Source of the DNA: an uncultured virus (IMG/VR IMGVR_UViG_3300031665_000001)
Taxonomy: Duplodnaviria > Heunggongvirae > Uroviricota > Caudoviricetes
DNA length: 64,000 bases
Virus record (IMG/VR): IMGVR_UViG_3300031665_000001
Direction: 5' to 3' (one strand)
Shown here: in pieces, positions 30,048 to 40,464 of the stretch
Layout of the letters: every line of letters begins with the position of its first letter
How positions within the stretch are numbered: the stretch's first letter is position 1
The notes under the pieces: generated by a model
What the model was told of the DNA's origin: nothing
The model's input: only the letters and a program-made list of their open reading frames with translations
Databases searched by the model: none
Position numbers and translations under genes: made by a program

Positions 30048-31586
30048 TTACCAATTATAATTAAATTTCTTTTTTTGATATATTCTTATATCTGAAACAG
30101 TAGCTACACCTTTTATCATTGCAACTGCCACCGTACAAGCATCAAGAATATTAGGTGACCTTCCACCTGGCTCAAATTCTATAAATTCATCTATAAATTC
30201 ATTATGAGTTTTTTGTATGAAAAATCTCTTTGTCTCACAGTATACACCAAATGACTCAATCTTAGTGGCTTTACTTTGTGTACCTGTGTTTACTCCTATT
30301 ACTGGTGGTAAAGATTTTAACAAGAAAGCCTGTTGTTTCAATGCTTTCTGGAATGCTGCTTGCTCTATACCAACCTTTTTGACAGTATTTATATTTGAAT
30401 ATTTCTTATAATATTTATCAATTAATTTTATTTGCTCTGGAAATGTATAATAATTTGTATCATAATCCCATAAGAACATATGCTTGGTAACTTTATCAAG
30501 TCCAATTACAGCAAGAGCAAATTTATCTAACCTTCTTTTTTCTGCTGTAGTCTTATCATCTGCAATTGCAGGATCAATCGCAATATAAATATCAACATCA
30601 TCATCTTTTATATCAAAATTATATTTTTCACCTGCTCCATAAAATTGTAACCATTCAACCTTCAAAGATTTATTAGAACTAACATGCCTATCATTCTGCA
30701 TTACTTTTGCAAAAGCTAAAGAACCTATAGTTTCTTTTTTCTTTTTCAATCTTGATAAAGACCAATACTTAGACCATAATGGAACATTATTATTAGCAAG
30801 TGCTTTTAAACAGATATACTTATAATACTTATTACTAGATAACGTACATAATAAATCATTATTATGTTGGAGTGTACCTATTACAATCTTACGTCCATGT
30901 TCAACTACCCTTGAGTCAATTATCTCATTCCACCAACTAAGTGTCTTCTGTCTTTGTATCTCATTTGCTGTATTATCTAAATCACATACATCATCAGCTA
31001 TTACCCATTCTAACCTAGTACCAAGTACAGCATTCCCCGTACCTCTAGCAATTATTGAAGGGTCACGACCTTGCATTGTCTTATCCCTGACCACCATTAT
31101 TTCTTTCTCTGTCCATTTTCTATCATAATCTGGCATTAATTCTGGAAAATCATTATGCAATCTATCATTTTCCTCTATATGCCATTTTATAGCTGATAAA
31201 AAACCACTAGCCTGTGTAGATGTATTAGAAAGAATAGCACCATGAGTATTTCTATCATTGATTAAGAACCATAAAGGCAATACTAAACTAAACCATGTAC
31301 TTTTAGCATGTTCAACAGGGATATGAATTACTATAGATTCATGTCGTAATGCTTCAAACATCATATAATATTGATGCTTTGCTGTTTCTGTATTCCATCT
31401 TCTTATATATGGCTTTATATACTGTTCCCCAAAAATACAAGGGTTTAATTTAGCAAACTTACGTCTTTCCTGTAAAGTTGCTTTCCAAAAACAATCTCTT
31501 ACTGCTATTGTTTCTTTTTCCCACCTATCAATATAATCAGTAGGAAATGGATATTCTGGAATTTTTATGTTTACAGGTTGTATCAT
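30048..31586 (-). CDS. terL: terminase large subunit
   Basis: Walker A-like PVEHAKST, Walker B WVIADD, VIGT motif, nuclease IAIDPA and IEQAAFQ. Confidence 0.92.
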   Translation of the reverse strand: MIQPVNIKIPEYPFPTDYIDRWEKETIAVRDCFWKATLQERRKFAKLNPCIFGEQYIKPYIRRWNTETAKHQYYMMFEALRHESIVIHIPVEHAKSTWFSLVLPLWFLINDRNTHGAILSNTSTQASGFLSAIKWHIEENDRLHNDFPELMPDYDRKWTEKEIMVVRDKTMQGRDPSIIARGTGNAVLGTRLEWVIADDVCDLDNTANEIQRQKTLSWWNEIIDSRVVEHGRKIVIGTLQHNNDLLCTLSSNKYYKYICLKALANNNVPLWSKYWSLSRLKKKKETIGSLAFAKVMQNDRHVSSNKSLKVEWLQFYGAGEKYNFDIKDDDVDIYIAIDPAIADDKTTAEKRRLDKFALAVIGLDKVTKHMFLWDYDTNYYTFPEQIKLIDKYYKKYSNINTVKKVGIEQAAFQKALKQQAFLLKSLPPVIGVNTGTQSKATKIESFGVYCETKRFFIQKTHNEFIDEFIEFEPGGRSPNILDACTVAVAMIKGVATVSDIRIYQKKKFNYNW

Positions 31587-32315
31587 TTATATTACCCCTT
31601 TAGTTGCCTTATTAATTCTTTCAGTTAATGATAATACATTTGATTTTAAAGTTTCTTCTGGTTCTTCATCCAATTTTGAGAAATCGACTTCCTCTGGCTT
31701 AATTGACTCTTCATCAATCGCTTTTGTTGATAAATTAGATGCCGCCATAGCAGTCGACATTTTGAATACCATGTTACTTGCTTCTGTAAGTGTCTTAATT
31801 TCTTTTGCTGTACCTTCTACAATTGAAGCATGTAATCTGGTTAATATAAGCGGCATTGTTTCTTTAAACATTACATTGACCAATGATATTCTTTCATTCT
31901 CCATATCTGAATACTCTTTTATAAGTTCTGCTTCTATCTCACTAATCATTTTGGCTTTTTCTTTAGCTGTTAAATCTTCTATGTTTTTATTTTCTACAAT
32001 ATACCTTGCCCTCTTAAAAATTGTCTTGATTGCTGTATCTTCCAACATGTATGGTAAATATTTTTTATGTGAATCTATTAAATCTTTTAAATGATTAGTA
32101 GATTTAAATATTTTTGGAAATTGTTCAGTTAGATATAATTGAATTTTTAAATGATCTGAATCTTCTAATATCATTATGTCTATTTTTTCTCGTATTTTCT
32201 TAGGTAATTTACAAATCCTACAACTCCTTGTGTGAAGGTAAGATTTGTAATATCCTGAATTTTTTATAAAATTTGTAAAATTATCATCAAATTTATCTGA
32301 GAATACGTTTGACAT
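31587..32315 (-). CDS. putative terminase small subunit
   Basis: immediately upstream of terL; AAAGGAGG before ATG 32315; CxxC...H N-terminus, helical body. Confidence 0.6.
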   Translation of the reverse strand: MSNVFSDKFDDNFTNFIKNSGYYKSYLHTRSCRICKLPKKIREKIDIMILEDSDHLKIQLYLTEQFPKIFKSTNHLKDLIDSHKKYLPYMLEDTAIKTIFKRARYIVENKNIEDLTAKEKAKMISEIEAELIKEYSDMENERISLVNVMFKETMPLILTRLHASIVEGTAKEIKTLTEASNMVFKMSTAMAASNLSTKAIDEESIKPEEVDFSKLDEEPEETLKSNVLSLTERINKATKGVI

Positions 32316-32687
32316 AAAATTACCTCCTTTTAGAGTTTTTATTGCGTTTATTTCATTATATCTCATATTAATACTCTATGTTACGTAAAATACAAAAAAA
32401 AGACCTGTATTTTATTAAAACACAAGTCTTTTTATAAAATATATGAAATTTTATGTATAATTTCTTATCTTTTCTGTAAATCTATAACATTTTTATTCAA
32501 TTTAGGTTTTAAATATATTGATTTATTATTTATTTTTTTTTAGTAATAGTATTTACATTATTAAATAATTAAAATAATATATAATATATATAAACTAATT
32601 ATTTATTTATATCTACTTACAATTTTTAATTAATAATCATAAAAAAAAAGAATAACTCAAGTCGAAGGGTTATTCTTTTAGTTTATT

Positions 32688-32897
32688 TTATTCTTGTTCC
32701 GACTTCTTTTCATTTTCAAATGTATTGCTATAATCATAAAAATTTGTAAATGTCTTTTCACTATCACCTTCTAATACTCTTAATTCATTCAATATTCTTT
32801 CATTTTCTAATAATTTCTTGATTTCTATTAACTTATATGATAGAAATCCTATGATACTTGTTTGACTTAATATAATACATATTAATAATATAACCAA
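32688..32897 (-). CDS. small membrane protein
   Basis: TTG start with AAGGGGG; N-terminal hydrophobic helix. Confidence 0.6.
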   Translation of the reverse strand: MVILLICIILSQTSIIGFLSYKLIEIKKLLENERILNELRVLEGDSEKTFTNFYDYSNTFENEKKSEQE

Positions 32898-33134
32898 TAA
32901 TTATACCCCCTTAATACTTATATTTCTTTTGTTGCTTAAATGACTATATATACTTAAATGACTATATATACTTGGATAACATTTGAATACTTAGAAAATT
33001 TTGGAAGCTAATATTTTAAATTTTGGTGTACATAATTTTTGCAGGGACATCTATCTACGGTTTTGAAAAATTCCAGAATTTTTACGGATTCCAAAATTTT
33101 CCAAATATACAAATGTTACAATTGAAATACAATT

Positions 33135-33512
33135 TTATTTCAATTTATTTTTCGACTTATTTTTCAATTGAATTAAAAATCTTATCATATATATTACTAC
33201 GGCCACAAATATCATGTATACTATAATATCCCTGGATCTATAGACTTCTATGTATTCTTGTGTCTTGCTGACACGTACTACAGTATACTTGTCTTTACAA
33301 GGTATTATTATATGTATACCTTCTATTACTGTCTTATACATATATTGATCTTCTGTATTAGGTATATCCTTATTATCATTAATATCCCTATATGTAGATG
33401 TATCTACCAATACGCCTATATCAAATCGTAAGTCCGTATATATGGAACTTACTACTACTACCCCTAATACCAATATTACCATTACAATACTTGTTATTAA
33501 TGTTTTTTTCAT
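33135..33512 (-). CDS. membrane protein, two TM helices
   Basis: RBS AAGGAGAATAAAAAAT; own promoter; hydrophobic termini. Confidence 0.7.
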   Translation of the reverse strand: MKKTLITSIVMVILVLGVVVVSSIYTDLRFDIGVLVDTSTYRDINDNKDIPNTEDQYMYKTVIEGIHIIIPCKDKYTVVRVSKTQEYIEVYRSRDIIVYMIFVAVVIYMIRFLIQLKNKSKNKLK

Positions 33513-33554
33513 ATTTTTTATTCTCCTTTAAATTTTAATTTTTTACTACTCTAT

Positions 33555-33608
33555 CATTATATTACACTAATTACACAATGTCAATACTTTTTTGAAAAAA
33601 TGTAAAAA
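33555..33608 (-). promoter_or_regulatory. leftward sigmaA promoter (twin of 34551-34603)
   Basis: TTTTACATTTTTTCAAAAAAGTATTGACATTGTGTAATTAGTGTAATAATAAT. Confidence 0.75.
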
Positions 33609-33940
33609 TAAATTTCTTAGCTTCTTCGGCTTACCTGAGATACCTGGGAAATAAAGGAAGCTAAGAAAGATTTTGGAATTTTTGATCGATCGTCGATTAT
33701 TTTTAAGCCAATGTAGCAAATAAAAAATGTGTTTTCATAAAATGTCATTAATACTGTATAAAGCAACGTTGCGATTGCAACAAAAATTTCCCAAGAATCT
33801 TAAAAATCTCTTGTATCCCTTGACAAATGTAGAATTGTGGTCCCATTAAAAAATTGTATCGATACACTTTTATCAATAAAAATCTTAAATTTTTTTTTAT
33901 TTTTTTTTATTTTTTTTTATTCATTATAAATAAAAAAAAA

Positions 33941-34450
33941 TAAAAAAAAATAAAACTGATAAACCATGATATAAGTGACTTTGAACAGTTTTTTCTTAAT
34001 TAATTACTTTTTTTTCCAATATAAAAAGCGTGTAAAGCGTGTAAAAAACACGCTTTTTACACGCTTTTTTAAAACCTCGAATCCTATGGTATCAGTGGCT
34101 TATAATACTTTTTTACACGCTTTACACGCTTTTTTTTCATATCATACTACCCAGCATTTAAATAAAAATAATAATAAATACTTTCCTCATTACCTCTCTT
34201 TCTTCTTATTATTATTATTTATTTTTATTTATTTTTTTATTTTTCACTATGGAAAAAAAAGCGTGTAAAGCGTGTAAAAAGGTGTTATAGGCTACTGATA
34301 CCATAGGATTCGAGGTTTTAAAAAAGCGTGTAAAAAGCGTGTTTTTTACACGCTTTACACGCTTTTTATATTTTGAAAGAATAGTCAATTAAGAAAAAAA
34401 ACTGTTCAAAGTCGCTTGTATCAAGGTTTATCAGTTTTATTTTTTTTTAT
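33941..34450. repeat. large imperfect palindrome (~200-bp arms, 113-bp spacer) with about a dozen ACACGC/GCGTGT iterons; candidate origin
   Basis: 33941-34138 is the near reverse complement of 34252-34450; flanked by A/T tracts. Confidence 0.9.
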
Positions 34451-34550
34451 TCTTCATTATAAATAAAAAAATAAAAAAAAATAAAAATAATTTTGAAAAA
34501 AAAGAAATAAAAAGACTCCGAATAAAGAATGCAACGGTAATACAAAAATT

Positions 34551-34603
34551 TTTACATTTTTTCAAAAAAAGTATTGACATTCTGTAATTAGTGTAATATA
34601 ATA
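34551..34603 (+). promoter_or_regulatory. strong rightward sigmaA promoter of the early array
   Basis: TTGACA at 34574 and TATAAT about 17-18 bp downstream; A-tract UP element. Confidence 0.85.
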
Positions 34604-34609
34604 ATAATT

Positions 34610-35030
34610 GTCAAAGGGCAACACATTGACACAAGCACATTGAAAAGTAAATATCGGTCGCAAAAAATATACTCTTTACTTGGAGACTACGACAGAGGGA
34701 CGTAAATCACAAGACAGGTAATTTCCTGGTGAATACATGGCAATATATCGTGGATACATAACCAGTAAGTACTAAATAAACTCTAGTCATCCATATCATA
34801 TGGATGATAAAGCAAATTCTGGCCGGTTCTGGCAATGTCTTAGACTTATTTAGTAGTAGCAAATTTTTATTTTTCTCCTAAAATACATAATAATGAGGGA
34901 TAAACGGATTAATTTGGTTTTTGATAGTCCCTGATAGACATAAGCGTATGTAAAAAAATCGTGGTAGCTGGTGCTTTGGTAAAGGTTCAATTCCTTTATA
35001 CCTATTAAATAATAGTCCATGAGACTTAAA
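34610..35030 (+). ncRNA. long structured leader / candidate ncRNA
   Basis: no ORF; boxA-like CACATTGAAAAGTAAATA; stems TACTAAATAA/TTATTTAGTA and TCATCCATA/TATGGATGA; T-loop hairpin AAAGG-TTCAATT-CCTTT. Confidence 0.55.
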
Positions 35031-35046
35031 AAGGAGATTAAAAACT

Positions 35047-35271
35047 ATGATTAAATTACAAAGATTGATACAAAAAATGATGATATTAAGATATAGAGTT
35101 CTTAAAATACCTGTATTAATGGTATTTCAAGAGCAAACAATAAAAATAATTTATGGCAAAAAGACCAAATACATAAGTTTTTCAAGGTCTATGTATATTA
35201 ATGCGTTATTATCTGCTATAGATAATACGATTAATTTGACTGGTAAAAAGCCAGTTGTAATAAAAGTATAG
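35047..35271 (+). CDS. early hypothetical protein
   Basis: RBS AAAGGAG after AGTCC hairpin. Confidence 0.7.
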   Translation: MIKLQRLIQKMMILRYRVLKIPVLMVFQEQTIKIIYGKKTKYISFSRSMYINALLSAIDNTINLTGKKPVVIKV

Positions 35272-35282
35272 GAGGTTATTAG

Positions 35283-35465
35283 ATGAGTAAATTATATTTA
35301 GTTGATAGGTATGACACAAATAAGAGTTACATCATAAAAAGATATAAATCAGGTAATTATTACTTTAATCAATCGATTGACGGTATAGAGATATACCCAA
35401 GATATGAAAAGACTACTAAAGAAGCTTTAAGATTGATAGGATTTCCAGTATATATATTCAAGTAA
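35283..35465 (+). CDS. early hypothetical protein
   Basis: RBS AGGAGG. Confidence 0.7.
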   Translation: MSKLYLVDRYDTNKSYIIKRYKSGNYYFNQSIDGIEIYPRYEKTTKEALRLIGFPVYIFK

Positions 35466-35536
35466 TCACGTGTCAAAGCGTGACTGCTTTTTACTAATAG
35501 TCCCATAAGGACTTAAAACAAAGGAGAATAAAAAAG

Positions 35537-35827
35537 ATGACAAAAAAAGAAATTAATAGAAATTTATACTATACTATAGAAAGTATTCACTCCAATTTTT
35601 ATGGGGATGACAAAGAATTAAAAGAAATCTTAGAAGCTGTTGAAAAAATAGCAACTAAGAAAACGAGAAATATATCTCAAATAAGAGATTTACATATATA
35701 TTTAAATCCTGATTGGAATAAAAAAATATTGATAAGTATGTATGAATACTTATCAAAACTACGCACAAAGTATAGTACTCAATTTTTAGATGATATGATT
35801 CAATTGGATAGTAAGATTGATTCATAA
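35537..35827 (+). CDS. early hypothetical protein
   Basis: RBS AAGGAGAATAAAAA. Confidence 0.75.
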   Translation: MTKKEINRNLYYTIESIHSNFYGDDKELKEILEAVEKIATKKTRNISQIRDLHIYLNPDWNKKILISMYEYLSKLRTKYSTQFLDDMIQLDSKIDS

Positions 35828-35923
35828 TTAGAAAAAAATCATTAAAAATCTTACCATTGTGAATGTTAAAGTTTGCAAGGGTATTATCAGTCCACTGGAC
35901 TTAAAACAAAGGAGAATAAAAAT

Positions 35924-36292
35924 ATGAATAAATTAAGAACAAAAAAAACAATCAAGATATATCATTTAGATAATAACTATGAAGGTACTTTTACCTCTAA
36001 TGGATATAAAGTATATAAAAGTAATTTACATCATGATCAATATATATATAATAATCAAATGATATGTAATGATATGAATACTTCTTGGAAATACTCTTAT
36101 TCAATAGAGTATAAACATCCAATAAATGGTGAAACATTATTTATAAAAGCATGGGTATACGTACCTTATACATTTATTAATCTTTTAAAAAAAGAAGATA
36201 GTAAATCATATTACAATATTCTAAATTCTTTAGAATATTATTTAGAAAATTATCTAAAAAATCGATGTTTATACATCAAAAAATATCATTAA
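35924..36292 (+). CDS. early hypothetical protein (start revised to ATG 35924)
   Basis: RBS AAGGAGAATAAAAAT. Confidence 0.75.
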   Translation: MNKLRTKKTIKIYHLDNNYEGTFTSNGYKVYKSNLHHDQYIYNNQMICNDMNTSWKYSYSIEYKHPINGETLFIKAWVYVPYTFINLLKKEDSKSYYNILNSLEYYLENYLKNRCLYIKKYH

Positions 36293-36382
36293 AGATAAAA
36301 GTTGCTCAGGGTAATATAGAGTCAAATTTATATTACCTTTTATCAGTCCATATTAGGACTTAAAAAAAGGAGAATAAAAAAT

Positions 36383-36706
36383 ATGAAAAAATCAGATAAT
36401 TTAACAAACAAAAGAATTATAAAATTATCAAAGGTATTTAAGGAATACTTGGATAATTCAATTTTATCCAGTAATTTGTATGACTGGATAAAACATACTA
36501 TGAAAAAGTATCATATAGTAAATGATACTGAATACATGTATCAGATTAATACAATTGGTATCTTAAGATATCGATTAGTTAATGGATTAAAAGAAGACTT
36601 TGTTTTCTTAGGACATTACAAAAACGGCAAACAGATTGAAGACAAAGGAATACAATGTTTGAAATATTTCATTAAAGACGAAGGGTTTTTATTGAATGAA
36701 ACATAA
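36383..36706 (+). CDS. early hypothetical protein
   Basis: RBS AAGGAGAATAAAAAAT. Confidence 0.75.
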   Translation: MKKSDNLTNKRIIKLSKVFKEYLDNSILSSNLYDWIKHTMKKYHIVNDTEYMYQINTIGILRYRLVNGLKEDFVFLGHYKNGKQIEDKGIQCLKYFIKDEGFLLNET

Positions 36707-36789
36707 ATTTTTAGGATTGTCACAAGTCAAATTGTGACTATCTTTTTAATAATAGTCCATTGGACTTAAAAAAAGGAGAATAAAAAATA

Positions 36790-37104
36790 ATGAAAATTAA
36801 ATTAAAGGAAATATTAAAATCAATTAATTTAAAAGAATCAATTGATGATATTGTAATTGTTGAAAAAAAGGCAGATATGCCACAATTAAAACCAATAGAA
36901 TATAGTGAATATGAATATAAAGATAATATCATTATATTTAAAGATGATAATGTTCTTATAATAAAAGAACACTACCATAAACATCACTATTATAGGAATG
37001 AATATATGGAGGACTATGATTATTTTAAATATATAGTTTATATAACAGTAGACTTTAAATTTAAAATATCTCATATCCTCGATAATTACCACAAAGATTT
37101 TTAA
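36790..37104 (+). CDS. early hypothetical protein
   Basis: RBS AAGGAGAATAAAAAAT. Confidence 0.75.
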   Translation: MKIKLKEILKSINLKESIDDIVIVEKKADMPQLKPIEYSEYEYKDNIIIFKDDNVLIIKEHYHKHHYYRNEYMEDYDYFKYIVYITVDFKFKISHILDNYHKDF

Positions 37105-37178
37105 ATTTTTATCCTTGTGAATATCAAAGTTTACAAGGGTTTTTAAGTACAATAAAAAATAAAAAGGAGAATAAAATT

Positions 37179-37526
37179 ATGAATACTGAATTAAAAAAAA
37201 TGATGGAAAAATGTTTCGAATTAAGAGGTAAAATTATAGAATTAGACAATTATAATAGGTCTAATAAACCAGGTTTTGGACGTGAAGCTGTTTTTATGAG
37301 AAGTAGTAAGGATATAAATTCTTATATTGACGGTAATATAAGAGTCTGGAAAACAAAAATATGTATAGGTAAAATTGATGTTCTGGATTTACCAGAACAG
37401 ATACAGGATATACTATTAACATATATCCTTGATGTAATGAAGGATATAAAAGAAATGATGATAAAAATTAAATATTATATGTCAGGTGATTTGATACATT
37501 CTGATTTAATTGAAAAGGACAACTAA
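37179..37526 (+). CDS. early hypothetical protein
   Basis: RBS AAGGAGAATAAAATT. Confidence 0.75.
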   Translation: MNTELKKMMEKCFELRGKIIELDNYNRSNKPGFGREAVFMRSSKDINSYIDGNIRVWKTKICIGKIDVLDLPEQIQDILLTYILDVMKDIKEMMIKIKYYMSGDLIHSDLIEKDN

Positions 37527-37625
37527 ATAATATCAGGTAGTCACGTGTCAAAGCGTGACTGCTTTTTTACTAATAGTCCACTGGACTTAAAAACAAAAAA
37601 AATTTTAAATTAAAGAGTTGATTAA

Positions 37626-37862
37626 ATGAGAGACAGTTTATCAGATTTCCAGGATGTCATCCTCAAAAATGATTTCCCCAATCACAGAATAAAATACTCT
37701 GCATACGCTCGAATCTTAAATATATATATAGAGCACGTATGGGACGGTTGGGGTATATTACAAGAAAAATTTGAATTGTGGATAAGCCTTGATTTCGATA
37801 AAGGCTTTTTCCACGAAGTTGAGGAAACCGCGAGGGAACTTAGATTTTTTGAAGGGAAGTAA
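37626..37862 (+). CDS. early hypothetical protein
   Basis: bounded by cassette hairpins; weak RBS; visibly more GC-rich codons than neighbours. Confidence 0.6.
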   Translation: MRDSLSDFQDVILKNDFPNHRIKYSAYARILNIYIEHVWDGWGILQEKFELWISLDFDKGFFHEVEETARELRFFEGK

Positions 37863-37948
37863 AAAAAAATATCAGGTAATCACGTGTCAAAGCGTGATTA
37901 CTTGTTTTCAATAAAAAAAATAAAAAAATAAAAAGGAGAATAAAAAAT

Positions 37949-38740
37949 ATGAATAAATTAAAATTAACAAATAATGTAAATATAGGTTTTAAAAATGGTC
38001 GTCACTTAGGAAGACGATTAACTGACTGCATAATGGTTGATTATTTAGAGATTAATTCAATTAATTATTATGTTGAGTCAAAATCTTATAGATTGAGTTT
38101 TAAAGAGCTTATAAGAGATTATATAATTTGGGACTTGAGGGAAGATTTAAATAAAGAATTATCAATAAGACTTTCGACAAATGATTTAAAAATATTTTTT
38201 ATGAAAATAAATTATATATTAAGTAATTATAAGATTGATATTAATAAATATAATTTATCAGGTTCATATAATGAATTTGATAAATTATATAACGACATTT
38301 TTGTAGCTTATAAAAATTCATTAATATGTGAATTTGAGTTTGATTTTGAAAATATCTTTGACAATAAGATTAATTGTTGTCATAGATATAACATTATTGA
38401 AACTTATTTCAGTTTTGATTTAGAAACATTCAATATCATAAATAATTATTTTATTAAAGACAATGATTGGATTAGTATTAAATATATTTTAAAGGTTTTA
38501 GCTTCATGTATGAACCCTTTATCAGATAATGAATATATGGTACAAGAGTATTTCGAGTTGTTTAAATTTTTACAAGGCAAAAAATTTGTTAAAATCGGTC
38601 AAACCGATTTAAAACAAAATACTAATTCAATATTTAATTTATTAAATACATTAAAATCCAATCATACAAAAGTAGTGTATCATGGTAGAAAAATGTTTAC
38701 ATTAGAATATTTAAATACAATATTAGAAATAATGTCCTGA
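37949..38740 (+). CDS. early hypothetical protein (263 aa)
   Basis: RBS AAGGAGAATAAAAAAT. Confidence 0.75.
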   Translation: MNKLKLTNNVNIGFKNGRHLGRRLTDCIMVDYLEINSINYYVESKSYRLSFKELIRDYIIWDLREDLNKELSIRLSTNDLKIFFMKINYILSNYKIDINKYNLSGSYNEFDKLYNDIFVAYKNSLICEFEFDFENIFDNKINCCHRYNIIETYFSFDLETFNIINNYFIKDNDWISIKYILKVLASCMNPLSDNEYMVQEYFELFKFLQGKKFVKIGQTDLKQNTNSIFNLLNTLKSNHTKVVYHGRKMFTLEYLNTILEIMS

Positions 38741-38824
38741 TATTGTAACTAAGATTACTGTAAATCATATTACAGTAATCTTTTTAATAAAAAATAATAA
38801 TAAAATAAAGGAGAGAAAAAAACA

Positions 38825-39241
38825 ATGAATAAAATAGAAAAAGAAATATATATAAATTTGCTTCAATTTTCGTGGGATAATATCCATGAAATCAATGAAT
38901 ATTGGGGAAAAAATATTCTAGTTGAAAATCCTCATCAGAAGCAATCTGACGAGGTAATAAAAAAATATAAGTCTCGTAAACGATGGGACTTTTATCGTAA
39001 AGACAAAGCATTTGTGGAATTTACAAAATTTAATAAGTCAAATATAGATTTATTGGTAGACATAATTAATCATCATGAAAAATATGGGGTAGACCATGAT
39101 TTTACGGTCTACAACAAACAGACAGGGAGTGTTATGGTAACTGATATAACAGTCGCCATAACACCATTAAGTCAAGGTTATACTAATTTGTTTTATTTTA
39201 TTAATAATTTATATTATGATAAATGGAAGGAGCTGGAATAA
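38825..39241 (+). CDS. early hypothetical protein
   Basis: RBS AAGGAGAG. Confidence 0.75.
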   Translation: MNKIEKEIYINLLQFSWDNIHEINEYWGKNILVENPHQKQSDEVIKKYKSRKRWDFYRKDKAFVEFTKFNKSNIDLLVDIINHHEKYGVDHDFTVYNKQTGSVMVTDITVAITPLSQGYTNLFYFINNLYYDKWKELE

Positions 39242-39355
39242 AATGACAATAAAAAATTAGACAAAATATTCTATAGATAGTCTAAAAAGGAAAAGAAGGA
39301 TAAGTTTAAAAAGGAAGGGACTTAGTCCCTTCTTAAAAAAAAAATAAAGGGGATA

Positions 39356-39700
39356 ATGAAAATGATATGTAAAAAAAATTTGATTACTATAAAACAGTTT
39401 AGACAGGCAGAAGAATATTACAGCGAAAGTACTTTTGAAAGTACTGGATATATAAATAAAAAATTGAAGGCAAAAGAAGTAAAAAAATTCGTCAAAATGA
39501 TGAATACCTATCATTTAAGGTACTATGATAGTGGAGATAATCATTATGTAGTCAATGAGGATGGCGTGAAATTGTATCAATACAATGATTTGCTAGGAAT
39601 ATTATCAATGTTAAGTAGTGGCGGACTTTTAAATGAAGTAAATTTATTTTTTGAAGACTTAGAAAAAAATACTGATTATTACAATGAGAATAATCAGTAA
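39356..39700 (+). CDS. early hypothetical protein
   Basis: RBS AAAGGGG. Confidence 0.7.
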   Translation: MKMICKKNLITIKQFRQAEEYYSESTFESTGYINKKLKAKEVKKFVKMMNTYHLRYYDSGDNHYVVNEDGVKLYQYNDLLGILSMLSSGGLLNEVNLFFEDLEKNTDYYNENNQ

Positions 39701-39743
39701 TATGAAATTGAAATCGAAACCTATATAACGAGGAGGAAGAACG

Positions 39744-39917
39744 ATGAAATTTTGTAAAAGGTGCGGTTCACAATTGATTAATGACGATTGCCCTAATAAA
39801 ATGTGTCCTTACACGACACGTTTTATCGAAAAACTGTACAATAGAGAATTTGGTGATGATATAGAGGAGGTTAAAGATGGGAATAATGAAAATTATAAAA
39901 AATATGAAAAAAAATAA
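39744..39917 (+). CDS. small zinc-ribbon protein (57 aa; not in ORF track)
   Basis: RBS GAGGAGG; MKFCKRCGSQLINDDCPNKMC. Confidence 0.6.
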   Translation: MKFCKRCGSQLINDDCPNKMCPYTTRFIEKLYNREFGDDIEEVKDGNNENYKKYEKK

Positions 39918-40206
39918 TAAATTATATTCACAATATAAATTTAATTTGGTGGGATATAATTTATTGCAAGATGAATTAGTCCATCTTGTAGATGGATATG
40001 ATGAATTACACTTTGAAAGCATTGGCAAGCTTAATTTTATTAAGCTTGCTAATCAAGGCATTACACCGTACACGATCGTATATGGTGTAAACTACACTTT
40101 AAATAAAAAAGAGATATTATTTTATCTCCCAATATCATCAGATATTGATGGTATCGGAAGAATAAAATATTTTCAAGATTATAAAATAAAAATAAAAGGA
40201 GAATGA
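39877..40206 (+). CDS. early hypothetical protein
   Basis: RBS GAGGAGG. Confidence 0.7.
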   Translation: MGIMKIIKNMKKNNKLYSQYKFNLVGYNLLQDELVHLVDGYDELHFESIGKLNFIKLANQGITPYTIVYGVNYTLNKKEILFYLPISSDIDGIGRIKYFQDYKIKIKGE

Positions 40207-40212
40207 AAAATA

Positions 40213-40464
40213 ATGAAAAACAAGAGATTCCAAGAAATTTTAAATTGGGCAAAAAGACAAAGAAATAAAAATGAATATATATTTAGTCTATATGATGATT
40301 ATGACGGCATATATAGACTAAATATATGCCAACAAAAAGATAAAGAGGGGTTTTGTAGTAATTATTGTAATTGTGATTGTGCTCATTGGGAAATGAGCAT
40401 TGAAGTAGAAAAAATGAATAAAGTTCAATATGATTTGTTTGAAAAAGTAGTTGAAGAAAAATAA
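40213..40464 (+). CDS. early hypothetical Cys-rich protein
   Basis: RBS AAGGAG; CSNYCNCDC. Confidence 0.7.
   Translation: MKNKRFQEILNWAKRQRNKNEYIFSLYDDYDGIYRLNICQQKDKEGFCSNYCNCDCAHWEMSIEVEKMNKVQYDLFEKVVEEK

Noticed and set aside
32935..33110. cos/pac site (18-bp tandem CTTAAATGACTATATATA and TTCCAAAA-type repeats upstream of terS)
   Set aside because: Plausible location, but nothing in the sequence alone identifies a cut site
33975..34268. ORFs over the iteron regions (also 3058-3243 and 33023-33226)
   Set aside because: No RBS; low-complexity translations of repeat DNA
33941..34450. Protelomerase target (telRL)
   Set aside because: Palindrome is imperfect with a 113-bp asymmetric centre; no protelomerase seen
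34940..35005. Additional tRNA gene
   Set aside because: Only a T-arm hairpin is present; no convincing acceptor, D or anticodon arms
35468..35476. TTGACA on the minus strand of the cassette hairpins as antisense promoters
   Set aside because: No -10 box at a consistent 16-18 bp spacing in most copies
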